A DNA stretch of 64,000 bases, from the NCBI GenBank assembly GCA_964016885.1, contig OZ024740.1:137268001-137332000 (forward strand), read 5' to 3'. The stretch comes from Eledone cirrhosa. Its lineage: Eukaryota. Position numbers and translations under genes: made by a program. Shown one piece after another: positions 51,601-62,700 of the stretch (its first letter is position 1; the number at the start of each line of letters is the position of its first letter). The notes below the pieces were generated by a model. The model ran no database searches. It saw only the letters and a list, made by a program, of their open reading frames with translations, and was not told the DNA's origin.

Positions 51601-54600
51601 TTTCTCTTCACACTTTTCCCCCAATCTCCAATTCTCTCATTCTCTTCACACTTTTCCCCCAATCTCCAATTCTCTCTTTCTCTTCTCACTTTTCTCTCAA
51701 TCTCCAATCCTCTCTTTCTGTTCTCAGTTTTCCCCCAATCTCCAATTCTCTATTTCTCTTAGCACTTTTCTCTCAATCCCCCATTCTCTCTCTCTCTTAT
51801 CACTTTTCTCTCAATCTCCAATTCTCTCTTTCTCTTATCACTTTTCTCTCAAACTCCAATTCTCTCTTTCTCTCATCACATTTCTCTCAATCTCCAATTC
51901 TCTCTTTCTCTTATCAGTTTTCTCTCAATCTCCAATTCTCTCTTTCTCTTCTCACTTTTCCCCCAATCTCCAATTCTCTCTTTCTCTTATCACTTTTCTC
52001 TCAATCTCCAATTCTCTCTTTCTCTTATCACTTTTCTCTCAATCTCCAATTCTCTCTTTCTCTTATCACTTTTCTCTCAATCTCCAACTCTCTCTTTCTC
52101 TTATCCCTTTTCTCTCAATCTCCAATTATCTCTTTCTCTTATCACTTTTCTCTCAATCTCCAATTCTCTCTTTCTCTTCTCATTTTCCCCCAATCTCCAA
52201 TTCTCTTTTTCTCTTTACACTTTTCCCCAACCTCCAATTCTCTCTTTCTCTTATCACTTTTCTCTCAATCTCCCATTCTCTCTCTCTCTTATCACTTTTC
52301 TCTCAATCTCCAATTCTCTCTTTCTCTTATCCATTTTCTCTCAATCTGCAATTCTCTCTTTCTTTTCTCACTTTTCCCCCAATCTCCAATTCTCTCTTTC
52401 TCTTCACACTTTTCCCCCAATCTCCAATTCTCTCATTCTCTTCTCACTTTTCTCTCAATCTCCAATCCTCTCTTTCTGTTCTCAGTTTTCCCCCAATCTC
52501 CAATTCTCTATTTCTCTTAGCACTTTTCTCTCAATCCCCCATTCTCTCCCTCTCTTATCACTTTTCTCTCAATCTCCAATTCTCTCTTTCTCTTATCACT
52601 TTTCTCTCAATCTCCAATTCTCTCTTTCTCTTATCACTTTTCTCTCAATCTCCAATTCTCTCTTTCTCTTATCAGTTTTCTCTCAATCTGCAATTCTCTC
52701 TTTCTCTTATCCCTTTTCTCTCAATCTCCAATTCTCTCTTTCTCTTCTCACTTTTCTCTCAATCTCCAATCCTCTCTTTCTGTTCTCAGTTTTCCCCCAA
52801 TCTCCAATTCTCTATTTCTCTTAGCACTTTTCTCTCAATCCCCCATTCTCTCCCTCTCTTATCACTTTTCTCTCAATCTCCAATTCTCTCTTTCTCTTAT
52901 CACTTTTCTCTCAAACTCCAATTCTCTCTTTCTCTCATCATATTTCTCTCAATCTCCAATTCTCTCTTTCTCTTATCACTTTTCTCTCAATCTTCAATTC
53001 TCTCTTTCTCTTCTCACTTTTCCCCTAATCTCCAATTCTCTATTTCTCTTATCACTTTTCTCTCAATCTCCAATTCTCTCTTTCTCTTATCACTTTTCTC
53101 TCAATCTCCAATTCTCTCTTTCTCTCATCCATTTTCTCTCAATCTGCAATACTCTCTTTCTTTTCTCAATTTTCCCCCAATCTCCAATTCTCTCTTTCTC
53201 TTCACACTTTTCCCCCAATCTCCAATTCTCTCATTCTCTTCACACTTTTCCCCCAATCTCCAATTCTCTCTTTCTCTTCTCACTTTTCTCTCAATCTCCA
53301 ATCCTCTCTTTCTGTTCTCAGTTTTCCCCCAATCTCCAATTCTCTATTTCTCTTAGCACTTTTCTCTCTATCCCCCATTCTCTCTCTCTCTTATCACTTT
53401 TCTCTCAATCTCCAATTCTCTCTTTCTCTTCTCACTTTTCTCTCAATCTCCAATTCTCTCTTTCTCTTATCACTTTTCTCTCAATCTCCAATTCTCTCTT
53501 TCTCTTATCAGTTTTCTCTCAATCTGCAATTCTCTCTTTCTCTTATCACTTTTCTCTCAATCTCCAATTCTCTCTTTCTCTTCTCACTTTTCCCCTAATC
53601 TCCAATTCTCTCTTTCTCTTATCACTTTTCTCTCAATCTCCAATTCTCTCTTTCTCTTATCACTTTTCTCTCAATCTCAATTCTCTCTTTCTCTTATCAC
53701 TTTTCTCTCAATCTCCAATTCACTCTTTCTCTTATCCATTTTCTCTCAATCTGCAATTCTCTCTTTCTTTTCTCACTTTTCCCCCAATCTCCAATTCTCT
53801 CTTTCTCTTCACACTTTTCCCCCAATCTCCAATTCTCTCTTTCTCTTCTCACTTTTCTCTCAATCTCCAATTCTCTCTTTCTCTTATCACTTTTCTCTCA
53901 ATCTCCAATTCTTTCTTTCTCTTATCACTTTTCTCTCAATCTCCAACTCTCTCTTTCTCTTATCCCTTTTCTCTCAATCTCCAATTCTCTCTTTCTCTTC
54001 TCACTTTTCTCTCAATCTCCAATACTCTCTTTCTGTTCTCAGTTTTCCCCCAATCTCCAATTCTCTATTTCTCTTAGCACTTTTCTCTCAATCCCCCATT
54101 CTCTCTCTCTCTTATCACTTTTCTCTCAATCTCCAATTCTCTCTTTCTCTTATCACTTTTCTCTCAAACTCCAATTCTCTCTTTCTCTCATCACATTTCT
54201 CTCAATCTCCAATTCTCTCTTTCTCTTATCAGTTTTCTCTCAATCTCCAATTCTCTCTTTCTCTTCTCACTTTTCCCCCAATCTCCAATTCTCTCTTTCT
54301 CTTATCACTTTTCTCTCAATCTCCAATTCTCTCTTTCTCTTATCACTTTTCTCTCAATCTCCAATTCTCTCTTTCTCTTATCACTTTTCTCTCAATCTCC
54401 AACTCTCTCTTTCTCTTATCCCTTTTCTCTCAATCTCCAATTATCTCTTTCTCTTATCACTTTTCTCTCAATCTCCAATTCTCTCTTTCTCTTCTCATTT
54501 TCCCCCAATCTCCAATTCTCTTTTTCTCTTTACACTTTTCCCCAACCTCCAATTCTCTCTTTCTCTTATCACTTTTCTCTCAATCTCCCATTCTCTCTCT

Positions 54601-57600
54601 CTCTTATCACTTTTCTCTCAATCTCCAATTCTCTCTTTCTCTTATCCATTTTCTCTCAATCTGCAATTCTCTCTTTCTTTTCTCACTTTTCCCCCAATCT
54701 CCAATTCTCTCTTTCTCTTCACACTTTTCCCCAAATCTCCAATTCTCTCATTCTCTTCTCACTTTTCTCTCAATCTCCAATCCTCTCTTTCTGTTCTCAG
54801 TTTTCCCCCAATCTCCAATTCTCTATTTCTCTTAGCACTTTTCTCTCAATCCCCCATTCTCTCCCTCTCTTATCACTTTTCTCTCAATCTCCAATTCTCT
54901 CTTTCTCTTATCACTTTTCTCTCAATCTCCAATTCTCTCTTTCTCTTATCACTTTTCTCTCAATCTCCAATTCTCTCTTTCTCTTATCAGTTTTCTCTCA
55001 ATCTGCAATTCTCTCTTTCTCTTATCACTTTTCTCTCAATCTCCAATTCTCTCTTTCTCTTCTCACTTTTCCCCTAATCTCCAATTCTCTCTTTCTCTTA
55101 TCACTTTTCTCTCAATCTCCAATTCTCTCTTTCTCTTATCACTTTTCTCTCAATCTGCAATTCTCTCTTTCTCTCATCCATTTTCTCTCAATCTGCAATT
55201 CTCTCTTTCTTTTCTCACTTTTCCCCCAATCTCCAATTCTCTCTTTCTCTTCACACTTTTCCCCCAATCTCCAATTCTCTCATTCTCTTCACACTTTTCC
55301 CCCAATCTCCAATTCTCTCTTTCTCTTCTCACTTTTCTCTCAATCTCCAATCCTCTCTTTCTGTTCTCAGTTTTCCCCCAATCTCCAATTCTCTATTTCT
55401 CTTAGCACTTTTCTCTCAATCCCCCATTCTCTCTCTCTCTTATCACTTTTCTCTCAATCTCCAATTCTCTCTTTCTCTTCTCACTTTTCTCTCAATCTCC
55501 AATTCTCTCTTTCTCTTATCACTTTTCTCTCAATCTCCAATTCTCTCTTTCTCTTATCACTTTTCTCTCAATCTCCAATTCTCTCTTTCTCTTATCAGTT
55601 TTCTCTCAATCTGCAATTCTCTCTTTCTCTTATCACTTTTCTCTCAATCTCCAATTCTCTCTTTCTCTTCTCACTTTTCCCCTAATCTCCAATTCTCTCT
55701 TTCTCTTATCACTTTTCTCTCAATCTCCATTTCTCTCTTTCTCTTATCACTTTTCTCTCAATCTCAATTCTCTCTTTCTCTAATCACTTTTCTCTCAATC
55801 TCCAATTCTCTCTTTCTCTTATCCATTTTCTCTCAATCTGCAATTCTCTCTTTCTTTTCTCACTTTTCCCCCAATCTCCAATTCTCTCTTTCTCTTCACA
55901 CTTTTCCCCCAATCTCCAATTCTCTCTTTCTCTTCACACTTTTCCCCCAATCTCCAATTCTCTCTTTCTCTTCTCACTTCTCTCTCAATCTCCAACTCTC
56001 TCTTTCTCATCACTTTTCTCTCAATCTCCAATTCTTTCTTTCTCTTATCACTTTTCTCTCAATCTCCAACTCTCTCTTTCTCTTATCCCTTTTCTCTCAA
56101 TCTCCAATTCTCTCTTTCTCTTCTCACTTTTCTCTCAATCTCCAATCCTCTCTTTCTGTTCTCAGTTTTCCCCCAATCTCCAATTCTCTATTTCTCTTAG
56201 CACTTTTCTCTCAATCCCCCATTCTCTCTCTCTCTTATCACTTTTCTCTCAATCTCCAATTCTCTCTTTCTCTTATCACTTTTCTCTCAAACTCCAATTC
56301 TCTCTTTCTCTCATCATATTTCTCTCAATCTCCAATTCTCTCTTTCTCTTATCACTTTTCTCTCAATCTTCAATTCTCTCTTTCTCTTCTCACTTTTCCC
56401 CTAATCTCCAATTCTCTATTTCTCTTATCACTTTTCTCTCAATCTCCAATTCTCTCTTTCTCTTATCACTTTTCTCTCAATCTCCAATTCTCTCTTTCTC
56501 TCATCCATTTTCTCTCAATCTGCAATACTCTCTTTCTTTTCTCAATTTTCCCCCAATCTCCAATTCTCTCTTTCTCTTCACACTTTTCCCCCAATCTCCA
56601 ATTCTCTCATTCTCTTCACACTTTTCCCCCAATCTCCAATTCTCTCTTTCTCTTCTCACTTTTCTCTCAATCTCCAATCCTCTCTTTCTGTTCTCAGTTT
56701 TCCCCCAATCTCCAATTCTCTATTTCTCTTAGCACTTTTCTCTCTATCCCCCATTCTCTCTCTCTCTTATCACTTTTCTCTCAATCTCCAATTCTCTCTT
56801 TCTCTTCTCACTTTTCTCTCAATCTCCAATTCTCTCTTTCTCTTATCACTTTTCTCTCAATCTCCAATTCTCTCTTTCTCTTATCACTTTTCTCTCAATC
56901 TCCAATTCTCTCTTTCTCTTATCAGTTTTCTCTCAATCTGCAATTCTCTCTTTCTCTTATCACTTTTCTCTCAATCTCCAATTCTCTCTTTCTCTTCTCA
57001 CTTTTCCCCTAATCTCCAATTCTCTCTTTCTCTTATCACTTTTCTCTCAATCTCCAATTCGCTCTTTCTCTTATCACTTTTCTCTCAATCTAAATTCTCT
57101 CTTTCTCTTATCACTTTTCTCTCAATCTCCAATTCACTCTTTCTCTTATCCATTTTCTCTCAATCTGCAATTCTCTCTTTCTTTTCTCACTTTTCCCCCA
57201 ATCTCCAATTCTCTCTTTCTCTTCACACTTTTCCCCCAATCTCCAATTCTCTCTTTCTCTTCTCACTTTTCTCTCAATCTCCAATTCTCTCTTTCTCTTA
57301 TCACTTTTCTCTCAATCTCCAATTCTTTCTTTCTCTTATCACTTTTCTCTCAATCTCCAACTCTCTCTTTCTCTTATCCCTTTTCTCTCAATCTCCAATT
57401 CTCTCTTTCTCTTCTCACTTTTCTCTCAATCTCCAATACTCTCTTTCTGTTCTCAGTTTTCCCCCAATCTCCAATTCTCTATTTCTCTTAGCACTTTTCT
57501 CTCAATCCCCCATTCTCTCTCTCTCTTATCACTTTTCTCTCAATCTCCAATTCTCTCTTTCTCTTATCACTTTTCTCTCAAACTCCAATTCTCTCTTTCT

Positions 57601-59751
57601 CTCATCACATTTCTCTCAATCTCCAATTCTCTCTTTCTCTTATCAGTTTTCTCTCAATCTCCAATTCTCTCTTTCTCTTCTCACTTTTCCCCCAATCTCC
57701 AATTCTCTCTTTCTCTTATCACTTTTCTCTCAATCTCCAATTCTCTCTTTCTCTTATCACTTTTCTCTCAATCTCCAATTCTCTCTTTCTCTTATCACTT
57801 TTCTCTCAATCTCCAACTCTCTCTTTCTCTTATCCCTTTTCTCTCAATCTCCAATTATCTCTTTCTCTTATCACTTTTCTCTCAATCTCCAATTCTCTCT
57901 TTCTCTTCTCATTTTCCCCCAATCTCCAATTCTCTTTTTCTCTTTACACTTTTCCCCAACCTCCAATTCTCTCTTTCTCTTATCACTTTTCTCTCAATCT
58001 CCCATTCTCTCTCTCTCATATCACTTTTCTCTCAATCTCCAATTCTCTCTTTCTCTTATCCATTTTCTCTCAATCTGCAATTCTCTCTTTCTTTTCTCAC
58101 TTTTCCCCCAATCTCCAATTCTCTCTTTCTCTTCACACTTTTCCCCCAATCTCCAATTCTCTCATTCTCTTCTCACTTTTCTCTCAATCTCCAATCCTCT
58201 CTTTCTGTTCTCAGTTTTCCCCCAATCTCCAATTCTCTATTTCTCTTAGCACTTTTCTCTCAATCCCCCATTCTCTCCCTCTCTTATCACTTTTCTCTCA
58301 ATCTCCAATTCTCTCTTTCTCTTATCACTTTTCTCTCAATCTCCAATTCTCTCTTTCTCTTATCACTTTTCTCTCAATCTCCAATTCTCTCTTTCTCTTA
58401 TCAGTTTTCTCTCAATCTGCAATTCTCTCTTTCTCTTATCACTTTTCTCTCAATCTCCAATTCTCTCTTTCTCTTCTCACTTTTCCCCTAATCTGCAATT
58501 CTCTCTTTCTCTTATCACTTTTCTCTCAATCTCCAATTCTCTCTTTCTCTTATCACTTTTCTCTCAATCTGCAATTCTCTCTTTCTCTCATCCATTTTCT
58601 CTCAATCTGCAATTCTCTCTTTCTTTTCTCACTTTTCCCCCAATCTCCAATTCTCTCTTTCTCTTCACACTTTTCCCCCAATCTCCAATTCTCTCATTCT
58701 CTTCACACTTTTCCCCCAATCTCCAATTCTCTCTTTCTCTTCTCACTTTTCTCTCAATCTCCAATCCTCTCTTTCTGTTCTCAGTTTTCCCCCAATCTCC
58801 AATTCTCTATTTCTCTTAGCACTTTTCTCTCAATCCCCCATTCTCTCTCTCTCTTATCACTTTTCTCTCAATCTCCAATTCTCTCTTTCTCTTATCACTT
58901 TTCTCTCAAACTCCAATTCTCTCTTTCTCTCATCACATTTCTCTCAATCTCCAATTCTCTCTTTCTCTTATCAGTTTTCTCTCAATCTCCAATTCTCTCT
59001 TTCTCTTCTCACTTTTCCCCCAATCTCCAATTCTCTCTTTCTCTTATCACTTTTCTCTCAATCTCCAATTCTCTCTTTCTCTTATCACTTTTCTCTCAAT
59101 CTCCAATTCTCTCTTTCTCTTATCACTTTTCTCTCAATCTCCAACTCTCTCTTTCTCTTATCCCTTTTCTCTCAATCTCCAATTATCTCTTTCTCTTATC
59201 ACTTTTCTCTCAATCTCCAATTCTCTCTTTCTCTTCTCATTTTCCCCCAATCTCCAATTCTCTTTTTCTCTTTACACTTTTCCCCAACCTCCAATTCTCT
59301 CTTTCTCTTATCACTTTTCTCTCAATCTCCCATTCTCTCTCTCTCTTATCACTTTTCTCTCAATCTCCAATTCTCTCTTTCTCTTATCCATTTTCTCTCA
59401 ATCTGCAATTCTCTCTTTCTTTTCTCACTTTTCCCCCAATCTCCAATTCTCTCTTTCTCTTCACACTTTTCCCCCAATCTCCAATTCTCTCATTCTCTTC
59501 TCACTTTTCTCTCAATCTCCAATCCTCTCTTTCTGTTCTCAGTTTTCCCCCAATCTCCAATTCTCTATTTCTCTTAGCACTTTTCTCTCAATCCCCCATT
59601 CTCTCCCTCTCTTATCACTTTTCTCTCAATCTCCAATTCTCTCTTTCTCTTATCACTTTTCTCTCAATCTCCAATTCTCTCTTTCTCTTATCACTTTTCT
59701 CTCAATCTCCAATTCTCTCTTTCTCTTATCAGTTTTCTCTCAATCTGCAAT
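45638..59751 (+). repeat. Tandem duplication of 7,057 bp (about 45638-52694 and 52695-59751)
   Basis: Rare variants repeat at +7057: CpG 50003/57060, CCCCAAATC 47672/54729, CTAATCTGCA 51431/58488, and identical ORFs at 48762/55819. A hybrid monomer marks the junction at about 52685-52722. Confidence 0.88.
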
Positions 59752-62700
59752 TCTCTCTTTCTCTTATCACTTTTCTCTCAATCTCCAATTCTCTCTTTCT
59801 CTTCTCACTTTTCCCCTAATCTCCAATTCTCTCTTTCTCTTATCACTTTTCTCTCAATCTCCAATTCTCTCTTTCTCTTATCACTTTTCTCTCAATCTGC
59901 AATTCTCTCTTTCTCTCATCCATTTTCTCTCAATCTGCAATTCTCTCTTTCTTTTCTCACTTTTCCCCCAATCTCCAATTCTCTCTTTCTCTTCACACTT
60001 TTCCCCCAATCTCCAATTCTCTCATTCTCTTCACACTTTTCCCCCAATCTCCAATTCTCTCTTTCTCTTCTCACTTTTCTCTCAATCTCCAATCCTCTCT
60101 TTCTGTTCTCAGTTTTCCCCCAATCTCCAATTCTCTATTTCTCTTAGCACTTTTCTCTCAATCCCCCATTCTCTCTCTCTCTTATCACTTTTCTCTCAAT
60201 CTCCAATTCTCTCTTTCTCTTCTCACTTTTCTCTCAATCTCCAATTCTCTCTTTCTCTTATCACTTTTCTCTCAATCTCCAATTCTCTCTTTCTCTTATC
60301 ACTTTTCTCTCAATCTCCAATTCTCTCTTTCTCTTATCAGTTTTCTCTCAATCTGCAATTCTCTCTTTCTCTTATCACTTTTCTCTCAATCTCCAATTCT
60401 CTCTTTCTCTTCTCACTTTTCCCCTAATCTCCAATTCTCTCTTTCTCTTATCACTTTTCTCTCAATCTCCATTTCTCTCTTTCTCTTATCACTTTTCTCT
60501 CAATCTCAATTCTCTCTTTCTCTAATCACTTTTCTCTCAATCTCCAATTCTCTCTTTCTCTTATCCATTTTCTCTCAATCTGCAATTCTCTCTTTCTTTT
60601 CTCACTTTTCCCCCAATCTCCAATTCTCTCTTTCTCTTCACACTTTTCCCCCAATCTCCAATTCTCTCTTTCTCTTCACACTTTTCCCCCAATCTCCAAT
60701 TCTCTCTTTCTCTTCTCACTTCTCTCTCAATCTCCAACTCTCTCTTTCTCATCACTTTTCTCTCAATCTCCAATTCTTTCTTTCTCTTATCACTTTTCTC
60801 TCAATCTCCAACTCTCTCTTTCTCTTATCCCTTTTCTCTCAATCTCCAATTCTCTCTTTCTCTTCTCACTTTTCTCTCAATCTCCAATCCTCTCTTTCTG
60901 TTCTCAGTTTTCCCCCAATCTCCAATTCTCTATTTCTCTTAGCACTTTTCTCTCAATCCCCCATTCTCTCTCTCTCTTATCACTTTTCTCTCAATCTCCA
61001 ATTCTCTCTTTCTCTTATCACTTTTCTCTCAAACTCCAATTCTCTCTTTCTCTCATCATATTTCTCTCAATCTCCAATTCTCTCTTTCTCTTATCACTTT
61101 TCTCTCAATCTTCAATTCTCTCTTTCTCTTCTCACTTTTCCCCTAATCTCCAATTCTCTATTTCTCTTATCACTTTTCTCTCAATCTCCAATTCTCTCTT
61201 TCTCTTATCACTTTTCTCTCAATCTCCAATTCTCTCTTTCTCTCATCCATTTTCTCTCAATCTGCAATACTCTCTTTCTTTTCTCAATTTTCCCCCAATC
61301 TCCAATTCTCTCTTTCTCTTCACACTTTTCCCCCAATCTCCAATTCTCTCATTCTCTTCACACTTTTCCCCCAATCTCCAATTCTCTCTTTCTCTTCTCA
61401 CTTTTCTCTCAATCTCCAATCCTCTCTTTCTGTTCTCAGTTTTCCCCCAATCTCCAATTCTCTATTTCTCTTAGCACTTTTCTCTCTATCCCCCATTCTC
61501 TCTCTCTCTTATCACTTTTCTCTCAATCTCCAATTCTCTCTTTCTCTTCTCACTTTTCTCTCAATCTCCAATTCTCTCTTTCTCTTATCACTTTTCTCTC
61601 AATCTCCAATTCTCTCTTTCTCTTATCACTTTTCTCTCAATCTCCAATTCTCTCTTTCTCTTATCAGTTTTCTCTCAATCTGCAATTCTCTCTTTCTCTT
61701 ATCACTTTTCTCTCAATCTCCAATTCTCTCTTTCTCTTCTCACTTTTCCCCTAATCTCCAATTCTCTCTTTCTCTTATCACTTTTCTCTCAATCTCCAAT
61801 TCGCTCTTTCTCTTATCACTTTTCTCTCAATCTAAATTCTCTCTTTCTCTTATCACTTTTCTCTCAATCTCCAATTCACTCTTTCTCTTATCCATTTTCT
61901 CTCAATCTGCAATTCTCTCTTTCTTTTCTCACTTTTCCCCCAATCTCCAATTCTCTCTTTCTCTTCACACTTTTCCCCCAATCTCCAATTCTCTCTTTCT
62001 CTTCTCACTTTTCTCTCAATCTCCAATTCTCTCTTTCTCTTATCACTTTTCTCTCAATCTCCAATTCTTTCTTTCTCTTATCACTTTTCTCTCAATCTCC
62101 AACTCTCTCTTTCTCTTATCCCTTTTCTCTCAATCTCCAATTCTCTCTTTCTCTTCTCACTTTTCTCTCAATCTCCAATACTCTCTTTCTGTTCTCAGTT
62201 TTCCCCCAATCTCCAATTCTCTATTTCTCTTAGCACTTTTCTCTCAATCCCCCATTCTCTCTCTCTCTTATCACTTTTCTCTCAATCTCCAATTCTCTCT
62301 TTCTCTTATCACTTTTCTCTCAAACTCCAATTCTCTCTTTCTCTCATCACATTTCTCTCAATCTCCAATTCTCTCTTTCTCTTATCAGTTTTCTCTCAAT
62401 CTCCAATTCTCTCTTTCTCTTCTCACTTTTCCCCCAATCTCCAATTCTCTCTTTCTCTTATCACTTTTCTCTCAATCTCCAATTCTCTCTTTCTCTTATC
62501 ACTTTTCTCTCAATCTCCAATTCTCTCTTTCTCTTATCACTTTTCTCTCAATCTCCAACTCTCTCTTTCTCTTATCCCTTTTCTCTCAATCTCCAATTAT
62601 CTCTTTCTCTTATCACTTTTCTCTCAATCTCCAATTCTCTCTTTCTCTTCTCATTTTCCCCCAATCTCCAATTCTCTTTTTCTCTTTACACTTTTCCCCA

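Noticed and set aside
48762-60773. Three identical 70-aa minus-strand ORFs
   Set aside because: They are copies of one 36-bp variant monomer context spread by duplication (offsets 7057 and 4742). They are useful as markers but are not genes.
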